64,000 nucleotides of DNA from Macrostomum hystrix (taxonomy: Eukaryota > Animalia > Platyhelminthes), in NCBI GenBank assembly GCA_950097015.1, contig CATNEN010000007.1, positions 4,588,001 through 4,652,000 of the forward strand, written 5' to 3'. The position numbers and the translations under genes were made by a program. Positions 33,301 to 44,000 of this stretch are shown here, in pieces. Numbering within the stretch: position 1 is the first letter of the stretch; every line of letters starts with the position of its first letter. Under the pieces are notes generated by a model. It saw only the letters and a list, made by a program, of their open reading frames with translations. It was not told the DNA's origin and searched no databases.

Positions 33301-35561
33301 GATGTACTTTTATCAACGCCGACTCAGTATGTCATGTGCCCTAATGTTGTGCATACTACATCGCTTGCGGCTAAGCTGTCCGACTGTTTGTCTTCGAAAA
33401 AAAAATTTTTGACTCCACCAAGGTCGGCATGCATTTTCGAGAAAACGGCAAAAAATGCACGTTTTGCACTGCATTTCCCAGTACTGCTTGATAACCGTGC
33501 ATTGCATAGAGTCGCCTTGCATAGCGTCGTGTAGCAGGCATCCGTGCCGAATTTTTGACACCACTTGCGCAGTGCAACTACCTGCCATTCAGCTGCAGTA
33601 CCGTGCAGCACGCAAGTGTAAAATCTGGCTGCGCCATATTTTACACTTGCTTCATCAGATATCAGGCGCGCGGTACACTCGCAGTCCATTGAGTCACACC
33701 TCGCTGGAAAGAACTCACCGAGTAGGAAAAAAAGACACCACCCGCGTGACAATCGATTCAGCCCTTGGGGAGCTGCGCTGGAAAATGTAACCCAAAAAAT
33801 CAGTACCTAAAAGTATGTTTTTTGCACTTTTATCATAGACTATGAGGAAATTGAAAAATCGCTTTCCTGCCTCGCCTGGGCCAGGCCTGCCCGCAACTTT
33901 TGTGTCTCAACTTTTCTCCGTGCCAGAAAAAATGTGCGCTGGAAATGAGTTTGCGTAAAATCGATTTCCAAAAAATGGCAGTTTTACGTTGCCATGGCAA
34001 CCCTCACGGGTTGCCATGGCAACCAACCGCCATAAATCGGATAACCCTATAAGTTACCTACCCAACGACACCACCCGCGAGGCAAACGGTTGAGGCAGTC
34101 TCAAATGGCGCCCAATATGCATTGAAAATGCGTGATTTTCGAGGTGTTTTCTATCTCACTACGTACGCTGGATCTTAGGTGGGGCTCACTCCGATTTCGC
34201 CCCTCGGCCTCTACCGAGGCCTCGGTGCTCGGCGCTTCGCGCCTCGCGACTCAATACTACGTTCGCCCCCAACTAGAATTCTGCTGGTTGACTCGTATGA
34301 TTTTCTTTGTAGACTTCTTACTTTTTAAGCCAATACAATTCGAATGAAAACACGTAATGATGACAAAATATTTAGTAAGTTGTTATTACAATAATTAAAA
34401 AGGATGACATTAATGTCAATTAATGAATGTGTAGGTCGAAATGTAGAACACTGTCATAACACTGGCAACTTTGTCGATCTATTGGCTCAAGGGTTCAACA
34501 AAACGTTCAAACCTGAAAGGGCCTCGTTTCAAATAACAGAATGGTGTGGATAAAATTGAAATTAATGGCACAGCATATATAAATAGTTGTAGACCTATTC
34601 ATACAAGCTGCCATGTGGATAAGCAGAAAATTATTGGCATGGATCCATGTGGATAAAATTGAAATTATCTGCATGGGACTGTGGGAATTAGCTCTGCCAA
34701 TCTTGGTGACTTAAAATGATATATATGCAATTTTATGACAGGCATAAAGAACAAATACCTAACTCATGTATTCTGTCATATCTTTTACAAACCATATTTT
34801 GGTTTCTATTTTTAGGAAGCTAGGCTTTGAAATTTTTTGTTGTACTATGCAAAGCTTAATGGGAATTAGAGTTTGATAAGAATTAAGAAAATTCAACCCA
34901 GTGTTTTATTCAGTACATGGTTTATAATAAAGTATTTTTCTACTAATATAGTTTTTTATTATATAATTAAGCTAAGAAATGGAGGCCGAAATTTAGACAA
35001 TGACCACTGCAAACCTGGCAGGTGTTCTTCGACATCACAATTGGTGGCAAGCCAGCTGGTCGCATTGTGATTGGCCTATTCGGCGGCAGCGTGCCAAAGA
35101 CTGTGAAGAACTTCAAGTCCTTAGCCGAGGGCGTCAGCCAGGAGTCAGGCGGCATCATGGGCTACAAGGGATCTAAATTTCATCGCGTCATCAAGGGCTT
35201 CATGATCCAGGGCGGCGACTTCACCAAGGGCGACGGCACTGGCGGCAAGTCCATCTACGGCGACAAGTTCAAGGATGAGAACTTCAAGCTGAAGCACTAC
35301 GGCGCCGGCTGGTGCTCGATGGCCAACGCCGGTCCGGACACCAACGGCAGCCAGTTCTTCATCACCGTGGCGCGCACCCAGTGGCTGGACGGACGTCACG
35401 TTGTGTTCGGCAAAGTGCTGGAAGGCATGAGTGTCGTGCGCCAGATTGAGACCACGCCAACCAATCAGAATGACCGGCCGGCTGAGGACGTGATCATTGC
35501 CGATTGCGGCTCGCTGCCAGTTGACGAGCCATTCGCTGTGGAGAAGGCGCCCTCAGATTGA
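30317..35561 (+). CDS. ppib: Cyclophilin B, peptidyl-prolyl cis-trans isomerase (exons 30317-30421 and 35022-35561)
   Basis: Signal peptide + KGPKVTDK spliced in phase 0 to VFFDITIGG...[16 protein letters not shown]...[16 protein letters not shown]...[18 protein letters not shown] at 35746. Confidence 0.95.
30945..32540 (+). repeat. About 150-bp direct repeat pair (30945-31090 and 32392-32540) inside the MULE-like element
   Basis: Shared CCTGCATTTAGATGCACAAAAAATGCA...TCAAAAATCTCGACGCAAGCA...GCAAGGCGGTCG. Confidence 0.85.
33313..34256 (-). mobile_element. Hairpin-rich nested insertion, possibly a non-autonomous Helentron/Helitron-like element
   Basis: Minus-strand start TATTGAGTCGCGAGGCGCGAAGCGCC, related end TACTGAGTCGGCG, 13-bp perfect stem at 33612-33650 and two GTTGCCATGGCAAC palindromes. 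Confidence 0.4.
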
Positions 35562-36295
35562 AATTGCTGAGCTGCGCAGGGCTGAGTCACGTGACTTTTA
35601 GATTCTTGCTCATATTTGTATACCATCTTGCTTCATAGGAGAAAACTTGTCGGTCAACAATTAAAATTCCGAAAATAACAGTACCTAGCTATGTGTCAAC
35701 CTGAGCTTTTCAATTATCTGTCAGTGCGTTCTGTCGTGTTATTGAAATAAAAAACTTTTTGCTTTAGGTTAGTTGGTCGCCGATAGCCATTAACGAATGT
35801 CAAGCTTTTTTACATTTTTTTCTGTCAGGCAGTTTTTCTAGGTCCTAGTTTCCTGTTTCATTCTGTGGACAAAGTCCTGTGCCAATGAGCAGTAAACCTC
35901 GAGCCCTTCTCATCGAGAATGGCTGTATTATTTTGTGGCTTTAGTACACTATATCGCTATCAGTGCACATCTCGCTCCGGTTATTGACATGGTTTCATTT
36001 ACTTTAATTATATAACAATTGATTCAATATTGGCTTTTTCTGGTGAGATTTCTGCTTCTAATTTATTAAAACAATCTGATCAGATTTAAATACAAGCATT
36101 GCTATTGGTGTGTAATAATGATTATAACAAAAGCTCCAGATAATATGACTCGTGTTTTGAGATAGACGGCTCTGAATATATAATATTTTTTCTGTTTTCT
36201 AATTCAGGTTATCAGTGTTATAAAAAGAAGCTATCCGTGTTTTTCTACAAGTGCACACAAATCTGCCCAGTGTAAATGTGGCGCAGTCAATAAGC

Positions 36296-36511
36296 CGCAG
36301 CTGTGTACGGCTGCTCAGTCCATGGACTGGGGGACAACTCACCCTATCAATTACCCCAGCTAAAGCTGTTACTAATTTAACGGCTGGGCGAACTGAAGCA
36401 ATCCATTTTCAGCTGTCTTTTTAAGGGACGCAAAATGTTCCAGTGGAGTCAGGAATAGAACCCCCGACCTTCAAGTCGTGAGTCCGACGGTCTAATCACC
36501 TAGGTTACAAC
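36296..36511 (-). mobile_element. SINE family 2 copy
   Basis: Same head and tail as the 9972 copy. Confidence 0.7.
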
Positions 36512-36821
36512 TTCATGAGGCGTATTTTGAGTACATACCGTGCCTTTTCAATCTCGACTTAGGCAAAAGTGATTTCAAATTTGACAGCCCACAGAGAAAG
36601 CTACAGCTGTGTCATCGCGTCATGTCGATGTCAAATGTGGTAGGAGTCGGTTAATGCGTGTACTCAGATTGTGGCATCACATGTGATTGAGGTCAAACGA
36701 TTTTATTAATGGCAATACTTTGTAGTCTATGGCACAAAACCATGTATTCAACCCGTTCCACAGTCTACCGTATAATACATATACCATTGCAGAAATGACG
36801 AATTTGAGTGCAAAAAGGTGT

Positions 36822-37175
36822 AGTTGCAAGGACTATGGGCTCTGGGGCAATGGCACATCACTTGGTGACAGTGGACCCGCAGCCAGCGAGGGGCTGATGC
36901 TGCCCATTTCGCTGACTTCTGCAGAGCACACAAGCACACTGATACTGTACGAAGGCTCACACAGGAGTGTACATCTGCCTTGACTTTCTCATCGTCAGGC
37001 AGTGTACACTTTCGTGCACTGTGCCTTGGAGGTTGGCCCTCAAGGAGCGTAAATTGTACGATTGCAAGTTTCAAATTGCCTCAGGCCTCCTCTCCACTGA
37101 GGAAAGCGAGGAAAGCCCATGGAATCGAGCTCAGGGACCTTGATGCGAGAGACAAACGCGTTAACCCCACGCGCT
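36822..37175 (-). mobile_element. SINE family 1 copy
   Basis: The reverse complement matches the 754 copy (AACGCGTTTGTCTCTCGC...GAGGGCCAACCTCCAAGGCACAGT). Confidence 0.75.
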
Positions 37176-37541
37176 CTATCGATAAATTTTAAAGAAAATC
37201 TTTAAATATTTTTGATCATACACTCTGGGGTAGGAAGTTCTGTCTTAAAGAAAAATGTGCAAGAAAAGTGGCGCGATTAACAGCTAGAAGAGAACAGCAG
37301 AACTGTAGTGGGCAAATCTCGGCGGGACAAGTGCCTGCAGGATAAATCCCGAGACCCAACTACTTGTATGTGCAGAGAGCTGATGTGCATTCCACTTAAG
37401 GCTAGCTTGTTAATTAGTTTTTTGTATGCGATATAACAAAAGTACTTTCTTATCGTAGATTCTGTGCGTCTCTACGTAGCACAGAAAGATTTCTCTGCAG
37501 AAAGCATGTGCAACATTTTACCAGCTGTAATTGCTATAGCG

Positions 37542-37864
37542 TATATGCATATAGCGTGACAAAGGTAAAGCAGGTACTTATCTGGCGGGTTATGGTGCAG
37601 AAATTATATTGAAGCTTCATCTTTATTGACCCACAGTGACTTTCCAAATGAAAAACAGCTCATTCAGCCGTGAATCTGTTTGACTAAGGCCCAATCTTTT
37701 TCTCATTCTGTCTCGGCCAGTCCCTCGCCACTTTATGAAACAGCAGGACCCTCCCTCCGCTCCGACCGTTTCGTCCTCACCCAAAGGTGAATTGCGTCTA
37801 GCGCTGTGCACTATTTTGCGCATGAGCTAAGGATTGTAGCAGCCTTTTTTTCGCTCGCTTTCTT
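37542..37864 (-). repeat. About 323-bp repeat, right (inverted) copy
   Basis: Reverse complement of 28746-29068. Confidence 0.9.
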
Positions 37865-38068
37865 CTTATGATCACCCCTCAGTACAAACAAGTACATTTG
37901 AACTAGGAACGAACGTTGTACATGGGCTTGGACTAGCTTATATTCTTACCATAATCTAGTTTGCTAGTCTACAAGCAGTATTCGTCTGTACCTGAGCTGC
38001 AACTGGCATGCGTTAGTTGCTAGTGATTCTCAACTAGCAACAGTATAGTTAACTTCTTTCCTGCACCT

Positions 38069-41000
38069 ATGGAGCCGCCACGCAAAGATCATCTGTATAA
38101 AAATATTCCCCAGGTACGAGTATAAATTAATTGTTCTATTTCACCCAATTCTCTTCTTCACTTTCTTCCAGAATTTTAGTTCACATCTGTCAGCAAAAGA
38201 TAGAGTATTATAGCTGGTAATATTTGAAAGATGCTCGAAACCCAAATACGAAAATTTTTGTTTCAAGTAAAAAGCAAACAATCAGTGCTCATGCCACTGA
38301 TCAAATGGCACGAGATTAAATGTTAGAGTGCCAAATCAAATAAGTTCTGAACATTTAGCATTCCCAGTAAATCATAATTAGCATTTGAAACAGCTTAGAT
38401 AAAGATTTCCTTTCTAGAATTTTTTAATATGTAGTTCATATTTTCACTAGAAATTTTTATAACCACTAAATTTATATTTTAAAATCTGCTAGCTTGAATG
38501 CTTACCTTTCACTTTAAACCTTAACCCACTAGAAACTGACTAGATACAATTAGAATATTAATGAATAGCATTAGAATTACATGGAGTAGAATTTATAGCC
38601 AATCCATGGACATATCAGCTGTGCGCTGCTTTTGTTGAAAAAATGCGCATGTGGTAGTGTGTTTTAAAGGTTTTCATTTTTGTATATACGTTTTATCATT
38701 TCTTACATTATAAAATTAGTAAAAATTTAAATATCAAAAATGTGCCAAAAAATATTTTGTTTTACTATTTACCGTCATAAAAAAATAATGCTGTAATAAA
38801 TATTTTGTTTTACTTTCTACCATGTAAATATTATTATGTAAAATGTTTCAATTTAAACAAACGCTAAGTTTTACTGTATATAAATAGCCGCAATCTGTGA
38901 CCAAAAATAAAGGAGGCCGTTCGAAAGCGCTATTCGCTGGCTACTTGCTTTACAGTGCTTTAAGAATCAGAATCATAAGTGTGTTCAAGACATAAAAAAG
39001 AGTGCCTTGTGAAAGGAGTATATTGCATTGTTCATTTTATAAGAGAGGAGAATATTGAGAACTATACTCAGAACCATACTCAGAACCATACTCAGAACCA
39101 TACTCAGAACCATCCTTAGAATTATACTCAGAATTATACTAAGAATTATACTAAGAATATTACAGAAGGGAACCTGCTAAACTCTAATCTCGGGGACGCC
39201 TAATTGACTGGAAACGCATACAGTTGCCTAATTACCGCTCGTGCAAACATATATGCTACCATTTAAGAAGTTAAAACGGCCCATTTAAGGACCGCCAGTT
39301 AAATATCTATTAAATTAAGTCAACAGCGGTGGGATCTTAATTAATAATTTTGCCCTACAACAACTTTGGTAGCATTCGGTGAAATTAGATAATTAATTAG
39401 CTTAAGAAGTAAAGACCTGGTACAACTTTGGTGGCATCATGAGATAAATACATAACAAAGAAAATAGCCCTATAACAACTTTGGTAACAGCGGTGGGATA
39501 GTTAATTTCCACCTATAACACGCATAATAGGTGCTATTGTGCCACAGACTGTCCATGGAGATCAACTAAGCTAGGTATAAATTTTCCTTCCTATCGATCG
39601 CTTATACTAAGCCAATTCCTAATATCAGTGGGTCTAGTTATCTAATATAAGATAATATAAGATATAATATAAGATAAGTTAATATAATAATATAATATAT
39701 AATATAAGTATCTAATATAAGAAATTAATTTCAAATACAATTATTCTCCTAAATGCCAACTTTACCTCGAAAATTTTGCCAGCAGCCACTGGTGCCACAC
39801 AAAGACCATCATGGACAAAGACCTGAGGTACACTGCTTTATTATTTCAATATTTTTTGCAGACGTAACATTAATGTTTGAAGGGTGACGCCTTTGTCTCA
39901 AGCTGAAGTGAATGTTTCATTCCCGCAGGTGCGTGAGATCGCAGAGAGGCTAAGAGACGGTGATTACAATTTGCTGCTGGAGCTGGTCACCAATGCTGCC
40001 CTGACCACAACCGACTGTCGAACTGTGCTGGCATTGTGCGCCAAGAGTTCGAATCTTCGTTCGCGCTGCTCAAAGAGCATTGAGTACCTGATCAGGCGGG
40101 CAGCCGATGTGCTGGGCAGTCAGGACGAGGGCGGAGACTCCGTGGCCCAGCTGGCCGCAAGAAGCGGCAACCTGGCGCTGCTGGCCCTGCTGCCAGACGA
40201 GGCGAAGTTCGTCGGCAACGGCAAGGGCGTCACCCCGCTGATGGAGGCTGCGAGGTTCAACCAACTGCGGTGCGTCAAGCACCTGATGCACCGGTTCAGG
40301 CAGAAGCGCCCAGACTTTGGCCGCTGGGAGGAGAAGCTCTGCGCCAGGAATGCCGATGGACTGACTGCGCTGGACATCGCCAAGCAGTGCGAACGACATG
40401 GACTGGCGACTGTTATTGAGATGTGAGTGCAGAGCATGGACTGGCGACTGTTATTGAGCTGTGAGTGCAGAGCATGGACTGGTGACTGTTATTGAGCTGT
40501 GAGTGCAGAGCATGGACTGGTGACTGTTATTGAGCTATGAGTGCAGAGCATGGACTGGCGACTGTTATTGAGCTGTGAGTGCAGAGCATGGACTGGCGAC
40601 TGTTGTTCAGTTGGTGTATGGTGTACTTAGGAACAGTTTAAACAGATGGTGCAGTGAGTACCAGTTTGAACAGATGGTGCAGTGAGTACCAGTTTGAACA
40701 GATGGTGCAGTGAGTACCAGTTTGAACAGATGGTGCAGTGAGTACCAGTTTGAATAGATGGTGCAGTGAGTACCAGTTTGAATAGATAGTGCAGTGAGTA
40801 CCAGTTTGAATAGATAGTGCAGTGAGTACCAGTTTGAATAGATGGTGCAGTGAGTACCAGTTTGAATAGATGGTGCAGTGAGTACCAGTTTGAATAGATG
40901 GTGCAGTGAGTACCAGTTTGAATAGATGGTGCAGTGAGTACCAGTTTGAATAGATGGTGCAGTGAGTACCAGTTTGAATAGATAGTGCAGTGAGTACCAG

Positions 41001-44000
41001 TTTGAATAGATGGTGCAGTGAGTACCAGTTTGAATAGATGGTGCAGTGAGTACCAGTTTGAATAGATAGTGCAGTGAGTACCAGTTTGAATAGATGGTGC
41101 AGTGAGTACCAGTTTGAATAGATGGTGCAGTGAGTACCAGTTTGAATAGATGGTGCAGTGAGTACCAGTTTGAATAGATGGTGCAGTGAGTACCAGTTTG
41201 AATAGATGGTGCAGTGAGTACCAGTTTGAATAGATGGTGCAGTGAGTACCAGTTTGAATAGATGGTGCAGTGAGTACCAGTTTGAATAGATGGTGCAGTG
41301 AGTACCAGTTTGAATAGATGGTGCAGTGAGTACCAGTTTGAATAGATGGTGCAGTGAGTACCAGTTTGAATAGATGGTGCAGTGAGTACCAGTTTGAATA
41401 GATAGTGCAGTGAGTACCAGTTTGAATAGATGGTGCAGTGAGTACCAGTTTGAATAGATGGTGCAGTGAGTACCAGTTTGAATAGATGGTGCAGTGAGTA
41501 CCAGTTTGAATAGATGGTGCAGTGAGTACCAGTTTGAATAGATGGTGCAGTGAGTACCAGTTTGAATAGATGGTGCAGTGAGTACCAGTTTGAATAGATG
41601 GTGCAGTGAGTACCAGTTTGAATAGATGGTGCAGTGAGTACCAGTTTGAATAGATGGTGCAGTGAGTACCAGTTTGAATAGATGGTGCAGTGAGTACCAG
41701 TTTGAATAGATGGTGCAGTGAGTACCAGTTTGAATAGATGGTGCAGTGAGTACCAGTTTAAACAGATGGTGCAGTGAGTACCAGTTTGAATAGATGGTGC
41801 AGTGAGTACCAGTTTGAATAGATAGTGCAGTGAGTACCAGTTTGAATAGATGGTGCAGTGAGTACCAGTTTGAATAGATGGTGCAGTGAGTACCAGTTTG
41901 AATAGATGGTGCAGTGAGTACCAGTTTGAATAGATGGTGCAGTGAGTACCAGTTTGAATAGATGGTGCAGTGAGTACCAGTTTGAATAGATGGTGCAGTG
42001 AGTACCAGTTTGAATAGATGGTGCAGTGAGTACCAGTTTGAATAGATGGTGCAGTGAGTACCAGTTTGAATAGATAGTGCAGTGAGTACCAGTTTGAATA
42101 GATGGTGCAGTGAGTACCAGTTTGAATAGATGGTGCAGTGAGTACCAGTTTGAATAGATAGTGCAGTGAGTACCAGTTTGAATAGATGGTGCAGTGAGTA
42201 CCAGTTTGAATAGATGGTGCAGTGAGTACCAGTTTGAATAGATGGTGCAGTGAGTACCAGTTTGAATAGATGGTGCAGTGAGTACCAGTTTGAATAGATG
42301 GTGCAGTGAGTACCAGTTTGAATAGATGGTGCAGTGAGTACCAGTTTGAATAGATGGTGCAGTGAGTACCAGTTTGAATAGATGGTGCAGTGAGTACCAG
42401 TTTGAATAGATGGTGCAGTGAGTACCAGTTTGAATAGATGGTGCAGTGAGTACCAGTTTGAATAGATGGTGCAGTGAGTACCAGTTTGAATAGATGGTGC
42501 AGTGAGTACCAGTTTGAATAGATGGTGCAGTGAGTACCAGTTTGAACAGATGGTGCAGTGAGTACCAGTTTGAACAGATGGTGCAGTGAGTACCAGTTTG
42601 AACAGATGGTGCAGTGAGTACCAGTTTGAATAGATGGTGCAGTGAGTACCAGTTTGAACAGATGGTGCAGTGAGTACCAGTTTGAACAGATGGTGCAGTG
42701 AGTACCAGTTTGAACAGATGGTGCAGTGAGTACCAGTTTGAACAGATGGTGCAGTGAGTACCAGTTTGAACAGATGGTGCAGTGAGTACCAGTTTGAACA
42801 GATGGTGCAGTGAGTACCAGTTTGAACAGATGGTGCAGTGAGTACCAGTTTGAACAGATGGTGCAGTGAGTACCAGTTTGAACAGATGGTGCAGTGAGTA
42901 CCAGTTTGAACAGATGGTGCAGTGAGTACCAGTTTGAACAGATGGTGCAGTGAGTACCAGTTTGAACAGATGGTGCAGTGAGTACCAGTTTGAACAGATG
43001 GTGCAGTGAGTACCAGTTTGAACAGATGGTGCAGTGAGTACCAGTTTGAACAGATGGTGCAGTGAGTACCAGTTTGAACAGATGGTGCAGTGAGTACCAG
43101 TTTGAACAGATGGTGCAGTGAGTACCAGTTTGAATAGATGGTGCAGTGAGTACTAGTGTGCATTCCTTTTCATTTACTGAGCATTGAAAGTGAGTGTAAG
43201 TTTCTATTCAAATCCCTATTGTTGAAGTGCTGCCTTAAATTACTACAGAGAGCTGGAGCTGCTGAAGAATGGATTAACGCAAGAAGTAAGCGGGCCATTT
43301 TCGTCTTTCTAGTTATTTTTAATTTAATGAAAAATCTATATTTTTTGCTTTCTGTGAGAAATTCCGCGGGAGAGTCTGTGAGGAATTCCATGGGAGATTC
43401 TGTGAGGAATTCCATGGGAGATTCTGTGAGGAATTCCATGGGAGATTCTGATTTAAATTGCGAGCTAGTTTAAAGGCTCTCTGCTCAGACCTGACCTTGG
43501 CATTCCAGCAACAGAAAATTCGCGAGCTTCTCGAGCAGCTTGCAACAAATGGCAACTTCGCGGAGCTCAAGAAGCTGGCTAACTCATCTAACTGCGACTT
43601 GCCCGACAGTGGCGGCAAGACGGTGCTGATGCGAGTCGCCGAGAGAAAGTCGTCCGGTCTGGAGGTGCTGAAGCTGTTTGCCAGCTTTGGCGATCCCACG
43701 GCGCCAGATGCGAATGGCTGGACCAGCCTGCACTCGGCCGCATCGGTCGGCTGGGAGGACGCCGTACGCGCTCTGACGGACGCCGGGGCGGCCGTTAACT
43801 GCGGCGACCACCGCCGCTGGACGGCCCTGATGCAGGCAGCGAGCGGCGACCACGTGGCCACCGTCAAGCTACTGCTGGATCTCGACGCCAACTGGGAGCT
43901 TCGCGATGCAGCCGAGAGCACAGCGATGTACGCTGCAGACAGGAATCGCTGCAGTTCAGCCTCCAAGCTGCTGAGCCAGTGAGAATCTTCCAGAGAAAAT

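Larger units (their letters stand above)
30670..34698. mobile_element. Non-autonomous Mutator-like (MULE) element in the ppib intron
   Basis: Imperfect TIRs of about 110 bp (30670-30779 and 34589-34698) with G...C ends, flanked by a 9-bp direct repeat AATCTTGGT (30661-30669 and 34699-34707). No transposase ORF seen. Confidence 0.7.

Noticed and set aside
40638-43163. 841-aa minus-strand ORF
   Set aside because: It is a stop-free reading of the 28-bp intronic satellite, antisense to the kinase intron.
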